A DNA stretch of 64,000 nt from NCBI GenBank assembly GCA_965140585.1, contig OZ223269.1:800001-864000 (forward strand), given 5' to 3'. Position numbers and translations under genes: made by a program. The DNA is from Spirochaetia bacterium (GTDB lineage: Bacteria; Spirochaetota; Spirochaetia; UBA9216). Below, piece after piece: positions 50,471 to 63,466 of the stretch (position 1 is the stretch's first letter; every line of letters starts with the position of its first letter). Below the pieces are notes generated by a model. That model ran no database searches. It worked only from the letters and a program-made list of their open reading frames with translations, and was not told the DNA's origin.

Positions 50471-53400
50471 ATAACAGAAAGTTGGTTTTTTCAGTATTTT
50501 TCTTTATTCTCTTTTCAGGATGGCAGATTTACAGTCAGGAAGTCATAGCTGCTGATGAGATTCCTTCAACTGAATCCTCATCTGAGATTGATGAAACACC
50601 TGATTCAGTTATTTCAGATGAACTCAGCCTCTACGATAGAACGCTTTATTATGACATTTCTACAGCAGATTATTACGAACTTAAACACTGGTGTGAAAGA
50701 TTGGGGCTTGATTCAACAGGCACCATAAATGAACTTCGGAAAAAACTTTACACCTATTATAATGTTAATAATTCCCTGCCGCCTCAAGCTAATCAGACAA
50801 GCGGTAAGGGGAATATAATCACAATTGAAAAAGCAGATAATCTGGATTATTTCACCATAGATCCTGTAGATGAAAATTATGTAAAAATCAGCGGTGATGT
50901 TTTTCTTAAGATGAAAGATGAAGAAACCGGTGAGATCCACATCATCAAGGCAGATACTATTCTATTTAATTTTAAAGAAAATTTTCTGAGTGCTGTTGGG
51001 AATATCGATTACCAGCTTGAAGGAAGCGATAAAACAGAACATTTTACTGGAAATGCAATTACTTTCAATGTTGAGAATTGGGAAGGTTTATTTGACAAGG
51101 GTGTATCGCAGGAAGACAAAGAAATTGAAGATTCCAGCGTTAAATTTTACTTTAAGGGTGATTTGATAAATAAAACAGCTGAGAATTATGTAATTCTTAG
51201 AAAAGGAGAAATTACCTCATGCAGTTCAGATGACCCTCACTATAAAATAAAAGCTGATAAGATCTGGCTGCTCAGCGGCGATGAATGGGCAATATATAAC
51301 GGGGTTCTATATGTCGGCCGTATTCCAATACTCTACATTCCGGGTCTTATAAAAACCGGAGATGAAATATTTTTTAATCCTGTTTTCGGTTATAAAGACA
51401 GTTATGGATATTTTTTGCAGACCACAACCTATCTGATTGGTAAGAAGGAAGATGATCAGACTTCATTTTCATTTCTGCAGAGTGATGAAGAAAGCGGCTA
51501 TCAGAAACTTAACGGTATATTTCTTACAGATGATCCTGAACCTGGTGAATTTTCCAAAAAAATTCAGGATTATGGAAATAACGGCAATAATTATTTAAAA
51601 ATTCTATTTGACTATTACTCAGTATATGGCTACTTTGCCGCACTAGATGGAGATCTCAGCGAGCTCGGGTTTCTTGATAATATTTCAATATATACATCCC
51701 TTGCAGGTAAGCGTGTAACTGATAACGGGAGCTATCTTTTTAAAGATGACGAAGGCCTTTATTCTCCTGTCTGGCTTTCTTCTTATTTCTATAAAACCAA
51801 TCTGCCGTTCAGATATGCTTTTGATTTATCGACAAGTTTAAGTCTTGGGAAATTTAATCTTCAACTTGATCTGCCTTTTTATTCTGATGAAGATATTCTA
51901 AGTGATTACTCAACACGGTCTGAAACACTCGATCTTGCTGACTTTGTCGGATTAGAAACTTCAGCTGAGGAGACAAATAGTTCTACAACTGTATCTTATT
52001 ACAAGTGGGGCTTACAGACCTCTTTCAGTCCGGATTTGAAAATTCTTTCACCTTATTTAAAATCATTAAGTATCAGTGACCTTGATGCTTACATCAACTG
52101 GGTCTCTTCTGATTTCCCAGATGACTGGGAAGATGATACTGTTAATAATTTCTATTATCCAGACAGTATAATTTTCCCTTCAGTGAGTGCCAGTATATCA
52201 GGTTCTATTCTGCCTTTTAAAAGCAGTTCTGTAAGTGAAACTGAAACAGCAGATGAAGGAAATGAAACCGTAGATATTAGTTTAAGATCGCCCTGGCAGA
52301 ATGATTCTGAAAATGAAAATGGTGAAAAAAGTATTACTGATGAGCCTGAAAGCAGACTTCCCAAGATGCAGAATGATATTGATTTCGATTTTGATAATTC
52401 AAATCTTAGCGGTTCGTTCATGGATAATAGTCTAAGTTATACAATAAGTCCGTCTTTTACAAATAAAAGTCAGTATTATGATGAGGAATGGGATACTCCT
52501 GAAGATATAGATGATGCAGTTGAGTACAGCTATCAGAGTATGAGTCTTAGTTCAAGTTTGAAATATACCGGTGATTTTTTTTACGATAAAATAAAAATTA
52601 TAAATAATGTAAATTTCAGCGGAAAATATAATCAGCATTATAATATGGACTTGCTGGATGAAGATACTGCAGATAATTATCTGCAGGAAGATAAAGAATC
52701 AACAAATTTAAATATTAAAGATGTTTTTACCTTGAAATATTATCCTTCAGTCAATGAAGATTATTTTTCCGGAACTAATTTGAGCTATAATCTGTCAACT
52801 GTTATCTACGATTACAGCTATGAATCGGATGATGAGCTTTTTGTAACTGATACTTTTCAATGGGATACAGATCATATCAGTGCACAAACGCTTCAGATGT
52901 ATTTTCCCCTTGAAATAGGTGCTTACAGCCATAATCTGACACTTAAAACTACACTTCCTCCGGTTGATTTTGATTCGAGCGCCAATTTTAAGATGTCTTT
53001 CGGGCCGTCAAATACAACACTTGATACAGCTTTAAGTCTTGAAGATGATGAATTTGTTTATGAGCCGTTAACAGTTCTTGAAAAAATTACTTTTTTTGAT
53101 AATACCTATTTAAGCAACAGCTTTAATTATAATTACGAAGAATCTTTTTTTGAAACCAACACTTCAGCAGGTCAGCTTAATCTTTTTGACGGTAATTTAA
53201 ATCTATATACAAATCTTGTATATGATTTTGAAAATGATGAGCCAGTAAATCTTTCAGCTAAATTGAAACTATGGGATTTTACAGCTGAATATAAAATGAC
53301 TAATACTTATCCGGAATATTTTAATTCGGAAAGCGGCTGGGTTGATGAGGATGAAGAAGCGTTTATACCCTCAAGTTTTACTGCAGCTTATGAAACCAGT

Positions 53401-53904
53401 TATTCAACCGGACTGTTCTGGAAAAATAGGGCTGAATTTACAGTCGATATTGACAGCAGTCTTGATTTTAATTTAATTGAATACACGGAATCACAATTTT
53501 TATTTTCTTTTGCATTAACAGTGGATATTTTTGAGTTTATGAATCTTACATTTTCCACAAACAGTCAGAATCTGGCTGTTTTCAGATATATTCCCTCTCT
53601 TGCAGAGGAAACAGGTGTCAGCACCCTTAATATTTTCAATGATTTATACAAATCATTCAATTTTTTCGATGTTAATGATCGTCGCGAGTCATATTTCAAC
53701 CTGAAGAACATAAATATTACTCTGACCCATGATCTTCATGACTGGGATCTTAATCTTACATACAGCGGTTCTCCGTATATTGATGACAGCGGCAGCGAGT
53801 ACCAGTATGATTGGGGGACTGAGATCACCATCAGTATGAAATGGAAGGGTATTCCTGAAATAAAATCAGATATCAGTATTGATAACGGTGAAATAAGTTT
53901 TTAA
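50467..53904 (+). CDS. lptD: Spirochete LptD-like outer-membrane protein (CTG 50467 or TTG 50482 start)
   Basis: Signal peptide; [18 protein letters not shown]...[12 protein letters not shown]...P.FGY...GYF LptD-like block; beta-strand-rich C-terminus ending in F; follows uvrA, as I recall for Borrelia BB0838. Confidence 0.75.
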   Translation: MNNRKLVFSVFFFILFSGWQIYSQEVIAADEIPSTESSSEIDETPDSVISDELSLYDRTLYYDISTADYYELKHWCERLGLDSTGTINELRKKLYTYYNVNNSLPPQANQTSGKGNIITIEKADNLDYFTIDPVDENYVKISGDVFLKMKDEETGEIHIIKADTILFNFKENFLSAVGNIDYQLEGSDKTEHFTGNAITFNVENWEGLFDKGVSQEDKEIEDSSVKFYFKGDLINKTAENYVILRKGEITSCSSDDPHYKIKADKIWLLSGDEWAIYNGVLYVGRIPILYIPGLIKTGDEIFFNPVFGYKDSYGYFLQTTTYLIGKKEDDQTSFSFLQSDEESGYQKLNGIFLTDDPEPGEFSKKIQDYGNNGNNYLKILFDYYSVYGYFAALDGDLSELGFLDNISIYTSLAGKRVTDNGSYLFKDDEGLYSPVWLSSYFYKTNLPFRYAFDLSTSLSLGKFNLQLDLPFYSDEDILSDYSTRSETLDLADFVGLETSAEETNSSTTVSYYKWGLQTSFSPDLKILSPYLKSLSISDLDAYINWVSSDFPDDWEDDTVNNFYYPDSIIFPSVSASISGSILPFKSSSVSETETADEGNETVDISLRSPWQNDSENENGEKSITDEPESRLPKMQNDIDFDFDNSNLSGSFMDNSLSYTISPSFTNKSQYYDEEWDTPEDIDDAVEYSYQSMSLSSSLKYTGDFFYDKIKIINNVNFSGKYNQHYNMDLLDEDTADNYLQEDKESTNLNIKDVFTLKYYPSVNEDYFSGTNLSYNLSTVIYDYSYESDDELFVTDTFQWDTDHISAQTLQMYFPLEIGAYSHNLTLKTTLPPVDFDSSANFKMSFGPSNTTLDTALSLEDDEFVYEPLTVLEKITFFDNTYLSNSFNYNYEESFFETNTSAGQLNLFDGNLNLYTNLVYDFENDEPVNLSAKLKLWDFTAEYKMTNTYPEYFNSESGWVDEDEEAFIPSSFTAAYETSYSTGLFWKNRAEFTVDIDSSLDFNLIEYTESQFLFSFALTVDIFEFMNLTFSTNSQNLAVFRYIPSLAEETGVSTLNIFNDLYKSFNFFDVNDRRESYFNLKNINITLTHDLHDWDLNLTYSGSPYIDDSGSEYQYDWGTEITISMKWKGIPEIKSDISIDNGEISF

Positions 53905-53905
53905 C

Positions 53906-53935
53906 TTGACTCATCGCGTCGTGATTAGCTACACT
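53906..53935 (+). promoter_or_regulatory. Probable sigma70 promoter of the phoH-ybeY operon
   Basis: TTGACT-18 nt-TACACT; SD TAAGGAG before TTG 53954. Confidence 0.55.
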
Positions 53936-53953
53936 TGTCCATAAGGAGAAGAC

Positions 53954-54904
53954 TTGAACAGCAATCTTACAATTGTCCTTGAAGACCATGGAGTTCTATC
54001 TGAACTTTGCGGAGCCAATGATGAAAATTTAAAAGCTATAGAGGCACTGCTTGGTGCTGAAGTTCGTTATAAAGGAAACGAAATAAGACTTGATTCCGAT
54101 GAGCCTGCTAAACAGGATGCGTTCAGACAGCTTATTGATTCCTTAAGAAACTGTATTAAAAGCGGTCGTATGGTAGATCCTCGTCTTGTTTCTGAAGTAT
54201 ATGAAACGCTTACAAATGATACTGCAGATGAACGCGAACTCTTTGCAAATAAAATGATAAATGTCCCCGGGGGGAAAAAAATCTTCCCTAGAAATTCACA
54301 TCAGGCTGCCTATATCCAGAATATTGAAAAAAATGAAGTTGTTTTCGGTATTGGACCGGCAGGAACAGGAAAAACATATCTTGCAGTGGCGTCGGCTCTA
54401 AGCGATGTCCTTTCTAAAAAGAAGCGGCGCATAATAATAACCAGACCAGTGGTTGAGGCGGGTGAAAGTCTAGGTTTTCTTCCAGGTGATCTTACTCAGA
54501 AGCTCAGTCCATACCTGAAACCTATTTATGACGCAATGGATTCTTTTCTTCCCTATGATGTTATAACAAGAATGGAAGAGAACCGTCTTATAGAGATTGC
54601 ACCGCTTGCCTATATGAGAGGACGAAGTCTTACAGACAGCTTTATAATCCTTGATGAAGCTCAAAATACCACTAAAACACAGATGAAAATGTTCCTGACT
54701 CGAATCGGGGAGGGATCCCAGGCTGTTATTACCGGTGATGTTACGCAGACTGACCTTCCTAAAGGCATGGAATCAGGTTTGATTCATGCATCGTCAATTC
54801 TAAAAGATATAGAAGGTATCTCGTTTAACTATTTCGATACAAAAGATGTAGTCAGAAAGAAAATAGTCAGACAGATAATACAGGCGTATGAAAAACACGG
54901 ATAA
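53954..54904 (+). CDS. phoH: PhoH family ATPase (YbeZ-like)
   Basis: GPAGTGKT, TRPVVEAGESLGFLPGD, APLAYMRGRSL, LDEAQN, GDVTQTDLP. Confidence 0.95.
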   Translation: MNSNLTIVLEDHGVLSELCGANDENLKAIEALLGAEVRYKGNEIRLDSDEPAKQDAFRQLIDSLRNCIKSGRMVDPRLVSEVYETLTNDTADERELFANKMINVPGGKKIFPRNSHQAAYIQNIEKNEVVFGIGPAGTGKTYLAVASALSDVLSKKKRRIIITRPVVEAGESLGFLPGDLTQKLSPYLKPIYDAMDSFLPYDVITRMEENRLIEIAPLAYMRGRSLTDSFIILDEAQNTTKTQMKMFLTRIGEGSQAVITGDVTQTDLPKGMESGLIHASSILKDIEGISFNYFDTKDVVRKKIVRQIIQAYEKHG

Positions 54905-57113
54905 AAACAGATTAAAATCTCATCATTTTTTCAGAAATTTTTCAGGAATATTTTCAGATAAAATACTCGCTTTGGCAGTACTGGCTCTTATAATTATTTA
55001 TTACTTATCAGTAGTTCTGATAGCAAATAACGGCATACTAACCGCCGGGGTAAAGCTATCTGATTACGAACTGGGCAAGGTAGCTGAGCGTGATCTGATT
55101 GTAGATCGTGATTTGGAGTATATAGACAGCAAGGCTACTGAACTTAAACGTCAGGCGGAAGCTCTGCTTGTTGAGCCTGTTTTCACTGTTTCAGACAGTA
55201 TTACTGAGCGTGTGATGACGACTTTCGATTCAATGGTTAATTTGTATCTTAGCTTTTACTCACAGGGAAAATCACCGGAAGAAGTTTTTCTGGAAATCCA
55301 GTCAGAACTTCCCGGATACCTTGATGAAAAAACAGTAACCGACCTATATCTAATTAAAGAACCTGACAGTTTTCTGAATGCTATCAGAAGTGTATTAGAG
55401 CAAATGATGGTTACCGGTATTACCAGTATTCCTGATAATTTTAAAAACAGCACTGACTCAATTGAAGTCCTGCGATGGCGTGATGGAGAAAAGGAAAGGG
55501 AAATCATTTTTCAGAACGATGCCGTCACCATCCAGACAATTCCCAAAGCTGTAGAGATGATACTCATAGATACCAACTTCACAGAAATGCAGACAAAAAC
55601 CTCAGTAGAGCTGGTTTTAAGGGCTATAGAGGAAAATTCATTCTACGATTCAGAACTTACCGAGAAAAACAGAGCCCGGGCCAGAGATCAGGTTGACCCT
55701 GTTATCAAAAAAATGGTGAAGGGAGAGGTCATAGTTAAGAAAGGTTTTATAATTACCGAGGAAAATATGATTAAGGTTGAGGCGTTAGGATCTTTTTCTG
55801 AAAAGGTCAATGTCACTGTTTTTTTCGGCCGATTTTTATACCTGCTGTTTTTATTCATTATATCTGTTAAGCTGCTTCAGCCGCCGATTTTATTGAAAAC
55901 ACCTATTCGCAACATGCTGTTTCTTATGCTTATACTGTTTGCAGTATATTCAGTAACTTCTTCACTGGTAATAAGATATCTAAATCTTCAGGAAGGAATG
56001 ATATTCGCAGCATTCGTGCCTACTGCACTCGTAACGATACTGATTTCAATAATGATTAATACTAGGGTCGGTATCATAAGTTCAATTATTCTGAGTCTTT
56101 CTATTTTAATCATGCCGGGAAACCAAATTTATAATTTTATATTCACTTTTCTTTCCGGCGCTTTCGGCAGTCTCATTGTTTATGGTGCAGAAAATAGAAT
56201 AACTCTCGTAAAAGCCGGATTATTTGTATCTCTTCTGAATACTTCAGTAATAATAATTATCGGACTTCTGCAGAGTATGGAGGCCTCATGGTACCTCAAT
56301 GCGGTACTTGTATCTGTAGTTAACGGCTTCCTGTGCGGTGTTTTCACACTTGGGCTGCTGCCCATACTTGAACATATGCTTAACGCTCCCACACCATTCA
56401 GACTTATGGAACTTTCTGATTTAAATACTCCATTGTTTAAGCGTATGCTTATTCTTGCGCCAGGTACCTACAGTCATAGTGTGAGTGTCGCTAATCTTGC
56501 TGAAACTGCAGCAAAAGAGATTGGTGCAAATGCACTTCTGGCACGTGTAGGGGCTTATTATCATGATATTGGAAAGATCGATCAGGCTGAATATTTTATC
56601 GAGAATCAGAAAGAAGGCAATAAGCATGATGATCTTAAGGCAACTCTATCAACGGCTGTTATTAAAAGTCATGTTAAAATCGGTTTTGAAAAAGCCAAGG
56701 AGCTTGGACTTCCCGATGCTGTGATGGAAATAATCTCACAGCATCACGGCAGCGGTCAAATCAGCTATTTTTATATGAAAGCGCTGAAAGAACAGAAAAT
56801 GGATCAGAAACTGTCGCCGGAAGATTTTGCATACAACGGTACTCCTCCTGTGAGCCGTGAAGCTGCAGTTGTAATGCTGGCTGATACTGTAGAAGCTGCT
56901 ACCCGTACACTTAAAAACCCCACGATGGCCAAACTTGAAAGATTTGTATGGGAACTGATTATGGAGAAGGTTAGTCACGGTCAGATGAAAAATACAGCCC
57001 TGACTTTTAAAGATCTTGAAACTGTTAAAAATTCATTTGTTCAAATATTAGGCGGAAGCTTTCATACAAGAATTGAGTATCCCAACCAGAAAGAAAAGAG
57101 CGAAAATGAATAA
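54888..57113 (+). CDS. 7TM-HD phosphohydrolase (PgpH-like c-di-AMP phosphodiesterase family)
   Basis: Extracytoplasmic domain, ~7 TM segments, APGTYSHS, YYHDIGK, QHHG, MLADTVEAA. Confidence 0.88.
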   Translation: MKNTDKNRLKSHHFFRNFSGIFSDKILALAVLALIIIYYLSVVLIANNGILTAGVKLSDYELGKVAERDLIVDRDLEYIDSKATELKRQAEALLVEPVFTVSDSITERVMTTFDSMVNLYLSFYSQGKSPEEVFLEIQSELPGYLDEKTVTDLYLIKEPDSFLNAIRSVLEQMMVTGITSIPDNFKNSTDSIEVLRWRDGEKEREIIFQNDAVTIQTIPKAVEMILIDTNFTEMQTKTSVELVLRAIEENSFYDSELTEKNRARARDQVDPVIKKMVKGEVIVKKGFIITEENMIKVEALGSFSEKVNVTVFFGRFLYLLFLFIISVKLLQPPILLKTPIRNMLFLMLILFAVYSVTSSLVIRYLNLQEGMIFAAFVPTALVTILISIMINTRVGIISSIILSLSILIMPGNQIYNFIFTFLSGAFGSLIVYGAENRITLVKAGLFVSLLNTSVIIIIGLLQSMEASWYLNAVLVSVVNGFLCGVFTLGLLPILEHMLNAPTPFRLMELSDLNTPLFKRMLILAPGTYSHSVSVANLAETAAKEIGANALLARVGAYYHDIGKIDQAEYFIENQKEGNKHDDLKATLSTAVIKSHVKIGFEKAKELGLPDAVMEIISQHHGSGQISYFYMKALKEQKMDQKLSPEDFAYNGTPPVSREAAVVMLADTVEAATRTLKNPTMAKLERFVWELIMEKVSHGQMKNTALTFKDLETVKNSFVQILGGSFHTRIEYPNQKEKSENE

Positions 57114-57576
57114 AATTGATTTAATAGTTGAAGATATTAGTTTAGAATACAGTCAGGAGAAAATAATTGCTTATATGCAGGCTGTTTGTAAGCAGATAGG
57201 AGCTGATAATAAAGAGTTTTCACTTCTTATTTGTAATGATGAGTATATTAAAAAGCTTAATAAAACATACCGCAGCAAAGATGAACCGACAGATATATTA
57301 AGCTTCTGTACCGAAGATGAAGAGCCCTGGGATTTTGTGAACGACCCTGAAGAAGCTGATGAAACTATCTACTGGGGAGATCTTGTACTGTCTGTCGACA
57401 GTCTTAAAACGAACGCAGAGTACTTTAAGGTTGTACAGCAGGAAGAATTTAAAAGACTGCTTATTCATGGTATTCTTCATCTTAGCGGAATGGATCACAA
57501 AACAAATGACGCAAATGAGGAAATGCTGATATATCAGGAAAAAATATTACAGGAGTTTGGAGAATTTAAATTTTGA
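57106..57576 (+). CDS. ybeY: rRNA maturation RNase YbeY
   Basis: LNKTYRSKDEPTDILSF, GDLVLS, HGILHLSGMDH. Start moved to ATG 57106. Confidence 0.95.
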   Translation: MNKIDLIVEDISLEYSQEKIIAYMQAVCKQIGADNKEFSLLICNDEYIKKLNKTYRSKDEPTDILSFCTEDEEPWDFVNDPEEADETIYWGDLVLSVDSLKTNAEYFKVVQQEEFKRLLIHGILHLSGMDHKTNDANEEMLIYQEKILQEFGEFKF

Positions 57577-58355
57577 AAAAGAAAGGTTTTTGGGAAAAGC
57601 TCACCAGCCGTACCCAGGATGAGGATGAAGAAAGTTTTCAACATCTTAATTCAACTGAAAAGGATATGATAAGGGGGGTTGTTGAACTTGCTGAAACCTC
57701 TGTTAAAGAGGTTATGGTTCCCAGAATTGATGTTGTTTTTATTTCAAAAGACATCAGCATCAATGAAGCAGTTCAAACGCTCCTTGAATGCGGTCATTCA
57801 AGAGTCCCTGTTTACGATGACACCATAGATCATATCGCCGGAATCCTATATGCCAAAGATCTGCTTAAATATTTTATAGCCGATAAGAACAGTTTTGAGG
57901 CCATAAAGATTGAACAGATTATGCGCAAGCCCTATTTTGTCCCTGAAAGTAAGAAACTCGATTCGCTATTACGGGAGTTCAAAAGGCGGAAGGTGCATAT
58001 TGCTGTCAGTGTTGATGAATACGGCGGTGTATCCGGTATAGTCTGCATGGAAGACATCATTGAAGAAATTGTCGGAGATATACAGGACGAATTTGATAAT
58101 GAAGATGATGAAATAATGCAGATTGGAGAAGGTGTATATCTTTGTGATGCAAGAATTAATCTTGAGGACCTTAATGAACATATAGGTACGGAACTGTCTG
58201 ATGAGGAATTTGATACCCTCGGAGGATTTGTTTTTGATCTTTTCGGTAAAATCCCTGTCAGATATGAAAAGGTTTCAGTTGATAATCTCGATTTTGTTAT
58301 TCAGGAAGTAGACGGCCATAAGATCAGTACTATAAAGATTATTAAAAAGGAATAA
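57573..58355 (+). CDS. corC: CBS + CorC/HlyC domain protein (CorC/YbeX/TlyC family)
   Basis: VKEVMVPR, GHSRVPV, VDEYGGVSGIVCMEDIIEEIVGDIQDEFD, DTLGG. Confidence 0.88.
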   Translation: MKKKGFWEKLTSRTQDEDEESFQHLNSTEKDMIRGVVELAETSVKEVMVPRIDVVFISKDISINEAVQTLLECGHSRVPVYDDTIDHIAGILYAKDLLKYFIADKNSFEAIKIEQIMRKPYFVPESKKLDSLLREFKRRKVHIAVSVDEYGGVSGIVCMEDIIEEIVGDIQDEFDNEDDEIMQIGEGVYLCDARINLEDLNEHIGTELSDEEFDTLGGFVFDLFGKIPVRYEKVSVDNLDFVIQEVDGHKISTIKIIKKE

Positions 58356-58357
58356 AA

Positions 58358-60349
58358 GTGAAAAGGTTTTTAATAGTAATTCTGCTCATTATTACCTGCA
58401 TGCAGATCTATGCACAGTCCAGAAGTGCTGTAGAGCTGTTTAGTGACGGGAATTATCAGGAGTCAGCAGGAGACTATTACAAAGCCATAGAACTGTATAA
58501 AACCTCGCTATCACGCAATAATAACTATCTCGAGCCTGTAATAGGGTTGGCCAGGGCATACTATTTTCTAAACGAATATGAAGAAGCTCTGGTGTATATT
58601 GAAAAAGCCGAAAGGCTTGATAAAAACAATACTGAGGTTATGAATCTTAAAGCACGGCTTTTTCTTTCCACAGGTGATTTTAATAATGCCGAAATGCTGT
58701 TCAGTAAAATTCTGGAAATAGAGGAAAACAATATAGATGCAGGTTTCGGTCTTGCTGAAATAGATATCGCATCAGGTCGAATAACAAAAGCTGCTGAACG
58801 TTTTGAAGAAGCTATTGCAGTATCTCCGGAAAGCAGGAAAGCACTCCTTGCAATGGTACTGATAAGCGATCGGAACGGTGATACAGAAAAGGCTGAATAT
58901 TATCTCACTCAGGCGCTTCAGTATTATTCCGGAAATCCTTATGTCCGGTATACGGCAGCTGAACATTATTACAATGAGGGTAACCTCGATGAATCTCTTT
59001 TTCACTTAAAAACAGCTTTATTTCTAAAAAAGGATTTTACTGAAGCTTCACTGCTGCTTAGCCGTCTTTATATGGATCAGCATAAATATGATGAAGTTAT
59101 AAGTGTAATAAACAACATTATATCCAAAAATGATAACGAAGTGCTTCTATGGTACATGCTTGGTCGTGCCTATGAGAATTCAGGTGATACTTCTAAATCT
59201 ATTTTATGCTATTCGAGAGCGTTTAACATAAAACCAGATGAAGATTTGTCCAGAATTGCGCTTGAAAATGAGATAATCAGAAATACACAGATTGATGATA
59301 ATGTTCGTATTAAATATTCAAACTATCATGTTGAACTCGGCAGAAAATATGAAGAAAGAAATATGATTGATAAGGCTGAATATGAATACAGAAGAGCCCT
59401 GCTTATCTATCCGGATTCTTATGAAGCAAGACTCCTGTCTGCCGGAATTTATAAACGTGTTGGTTATGATGAAAGATATATCTCAATTTTAACTGAATTA
59501 TCAGCGATTCGTACAGATGATATAAATTTAAAAGATGAAATAGAAATACAGAAAAGCCTTATGGATGAAACGCTGTCTGAAAAATGGAGAATAAATCAGT
59601 TCACGGAACCCAAGTTGAAGAATAAAATCGCGGTTTTCTACGCTGAAGATTCAATGACTCATATTCAGGGAGAACAGATCCTTTCCGAATACATTAATTA
59701 CCTTCTTACCGGTTATGAAAACATCGAAATAACTGCAACCGGATTCAGCGGTGATTATGCAGAATGTTTCAGACTTTCACGGGAAAATAATGCTGATTAT
59801 TTTATAATTTTCGATATTTATGAAACAGAAAGAGTTGTCTCACTCCAAAGCAGGGTCTATCTCGCAGATACCGGCGGGGAACTTGAAAGACTTGAAGCTG
59901 TAAGAACAGGAAATCAAATGCTCCATGAAGCATCGTCAGCTATTGTTGAGGAAATACACTCAAGACTTCCTGTTTACGGAAGCATTATAAACAGGAAATT
60001 TGACCAGGTTGTTATTAATCTAGGTCATCGTGACGGCATAAGTTCAGGTACAGAGCTAATGATCATAAAAAAGGGAATGATACAAAAGAACAAAAGTGAT
60101 TTTTCTCTTTCATACGCTTCTGAAGACCTTCTCGGAAGCATCAAAATCAGCTCTTCTGATGAACTTGTATCGGAAGGCGACGTTTCAGTGTCCCAGTTTT
60201 TTGACATGATTAACCCCGGAGATTATGTTATTCCGGTTATTCCCGCCTCTGAAGATGGAAATGCCGGCGAACCACAGCTTCCGGGAACACCGGATGCACA
60301 ATTGTTCATTCCGGATGATCTTTTCCGTTCAATAAACAATATCAGGTAA
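58358..60349 (+). CDS. Exported multi-TPR protein
   Basis: GTG start, signal peptide, many TPR-like repeats, FlgT-C-like C-terminus (VVINLGHRDGI). Confidence 0.8.
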   Translation: MKRFLIVILLIITCMQIYAQSRSAVELFSDGNYQESAGDYYKAIELYKTSLSRNNNYLEPVIGLARAYYFLNEYEEALVYIEKAERLDKNNTEVMNLKARLFLSTGDFNNAEMLFSKILEIEENNIDAGFGLAEIDIASGRITKAAERFEEAIAVSPESRKALLAMVLISDRNGDTEKAEYYLTQALQYYSGNPYVRYTAAEHYYNEGNLDESLFHLKTALFLKKDFTEASLLLSRLYMDQHKYDEVISVINNIISKNDNEVLLWYMLGRAYENSGDTSKSILCYSRAFNIKPDEDLSRIALENEIIRNTQIDDNVRIKYSNYHVELGRKYEERNMIDKAEYEYRRALLIYPDSYEARLLSAGIYKRVGYDERYISILTELSAIRTDDINLKDEIEIQKSLMDETLSEKWRINQFTEPKLKNKIAVFYAEDSMTHIQGEQILSEYINYLLTGYENIEITATGFSGDYAECFRLSRENNADYFIIFDIYETERVVSLQSRVYLADTGGELERLEAVRTGNQMLHEASSAIVEEIHSRLPVYGSIINRKFDQVVINLGHRDGISSGTELMIIKKGMIQKNKSDFSLSYASEDLLGSIKISSSDELVSEGDVSVSQFFDMINPGDYVIPVIPASEDGNAGEPQLPGTPDAQLFIPDDLFRSINNIR

Positions 60350-61432
<1,083 letters not shown>

Positions 61433-61450
61433 ATAAGAGGAGCTGATTGT

Positions 61451-62632
61451 ATGGGTCTCAAAACTGTAAAAGATATTGACCTTAAAAATAAAAGAGTATT
61501 AATCAGGGTGGACTTTAACGTCCCCCTGAAAAATGGTGTTATTACGGATGATACCAGAATTGTAGCCGCATTGCCGACTATTAAATACATTCTTGAACAG
61601 CCAGGTGCCAGCCTTATAGTTATGAGCCACTGTGGAAGACCGGGCGGTGAGAAGAATCCAGAGTTCAGTCTTAAACCTGCAGCTGACAGGCTTGCTGAAC
61701 TTCTTGGTAAATCGGTTATTATGGCGCCGGATGTTATAGGCTCTGAAGTTGAAAAGATGGCCTCCGAGCTCAAGAGCGGTGATGTTCTTGTTCTTGAAAA
61801 TACCCGATACTACAAGGAAGAAACTAAAAATGATCCGGGTTTTGCAGAAAAAATAGCAAAACTGGGCGATGTGTATGTTAATGATGCCTTCGGGGCTGCC
61901 CACAGAGCCCATGCCTCTACTGAGGGCGTTAGTAAGTATCTTCCGGCAGTAGCAGGGTTTCTAATTGAGAAAGAATGTAAATTCTTTGATAATATCCTTG
62001 AAAATCCGAAAAAACCCTTTGTAGCCATAATCGGCGGAGCAAAGGTTTCCTCAAAAATCGGAGTGCTTGAATCTCTTCTTGAAAAGGCCGACAGTCTCAT
62101 TATCGGAGGCGGAATGGCATATACCTTTCTCTATGCTCAGGGATACAGTATAGGAAAATCTCTTTTCGAAGAAGATTACCTTGATACTGCAAAGACTCTT
62201 CTTACCAAAGCAGCAGAGAAAAACGTAGAAATTATACTTCCTGAAGATCATGTAGCTGCAAAAGAATTCAGTGAAACCGCAGAGGCTGTATATATTGACG
62301 GCCTGGACATACCGGCAGATATGCTGGGTATGGACATCGGGGCTAAAACACTTGCAAAGGTTAAAGATCGTATTCTTAACGCTCAGTCGATTGTATGGAA
62401 TGGTCCGATGGGTGTGTTTGAATTCGATGCATTCTCCAAGGGTACTCTTGAGGTTGCACAGTATGTTGCAGACTGTAAGGGAACTACAGTTGTCGGTGGC
62501 GGAGATTCAGTTGCTGCTGTGAACAAATTCGGATTTGCAGATAAGATTGATCACGTATCTACAGGCGGCGGAGCCTCACTTGAATTCCTCGAAGGTAAAG
62601 TCCTTCCCGGAATAGATGCTCTTCGCAGTTAA
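61451..62632 (+). CDS. pgk: Phosphoglycerate kinase
   Basis: [46 protein letters not shown]. Confidence 0.99.
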   Translation: MGLKTVKDIDLKNKRVLIRVDFNVPLKNGVITDDTRIVAALPTIKYILEQPGASLIVMSHCGRPGGEKNPEFSLKPAADRLAELLGKSVIMAPDVIGSEVEKMASELKSGDVLVLENTRYYKEETKNDPGFAEKIAKLGDVYVNDAFGAAHRAHASTEGVSKYLPAVAGFLIEKECKFFDNILENPKKPFVAIIGGAKVSSKIGVLESLLEKADSLIIGGGMAYTFLYAQGYSIGKSLFEEDYLDTAKTLLTKAAEKNVEIILPEDHVAAKEFSETAEAVYIDGLDIPADMLGMDIGAKTLAKVKDRILNAQSIVWNGPMGVFEFDAFSKGTLEVAQYVADCKGTTVVGGGDSVAAVNKFGFADKIDHVSTGGGASLEFLEGKVLPGIDALRS

Positions 62633-62653
62633 TCAGTAAAGGGGAGTAAAGTT

Positions 62654-63406
62654 ATGAGAAAATCATTCATTGCAGGAAACTGGAAAATGAATAAAACACC
62701 GTCTGAGGCAGCTAAGCTTGCAGAGGAATTAAAAGCAGGACTTGGAAACTGCGGCCATAAAATTCTGGTTGCTCCAAGTTTTGTCTGTATGCCTGCTGTA
62801 GCTGAAGTTGTTAAGGGCAGTAATATTATGCTCGGCGCACAGAATATGTCTGATGAGGTAGAAGGTGCTTTTACAGGGGAAACTTCTGTAAAAATGCTCA
62901 AGGAACTTGGAGTTGAGGCCGTAATACTCGGACACTCCGAAAGACGGCATATTTATGGTGAAACCGACGAATTTATTAATAAAAAAGTAAAACTTGCTAT
63001 AGCTGAAGGTCTTGAGGTAATTCTCTGTGTCGGCGAAACACTTGATGAAAGAGAAGCCGGCAAAGCTGAAGAGGTTGTTAAATCTCAGACTGAAAAAGGT
63101 CTTAAAGACGTTTCTGAAAAAGAGCTTGAAAAAGTTACTATTGCATATGAACCTGTTTGGGCTATCGGAACTGGTAAAACCGCCACTCCCGATGATGCAG
63201 AACAGATTCATAAGGTAACCAGGGATACAGTGAAAGCGCTTTATTCAGAAAAAGCTGCTGAAGAGATGATTATTCAGTACGGCGGCTCAGTTAAACCAGA
63301 TAATGCTGCCCAGCTTATGGGTATGCCCGATATTGACGGTGCGCTTGTCGGCGGAGCATCTTTAAAAGCAGATTTGTTTTTACCTATAGCCTTATACGAC
63401 AAATAA
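62654..63406 (+). CDS. tpiA: Triosephosphate isomerase
   Basis: AGNWKMN, GHSERR, AYEPVWAIGTG, YGGSVKP, LVGGASL. Confidence 0.99.
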   Translation: MRKSFIAGNWKMNKTPSEAAKLAEELKAGLGNCGHKILVAPSFVCMPAVAEVVKGSNIMLGAQNMSDEVEGAFTGETSVKMLKELGVEAVILGHSERRHIYGETDEFINKKVKLAIAEGLEVILCVGETLDEREAGKAEEVVKSQTEKGLKDVSEKELEKVTIAYEPVWAIGTGKTATPDDAEQIHKVTRDTVKALYSEKAAEEMIIQYGGSVKPDNAAQLMGMPDIDGALVGGASLKADLFLPIALYDK

Positions 63407-63417
63407 GTATATAATAA

Positions 63418-63440
63418 AGCCTCTCTCAAAAAGAGAGGCT
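63418..63440 (+). terminator. Hairpin after tpiA (weak terminator or mRNA stabilizer)
   Basis: AGCCTCTCT-CAAAA-AGAGAGGCT; U tail imperfect. Confidence 0.55.
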
Positions 63441-63466
63441 ATAATTTTATTATCGGAGATATCTTA

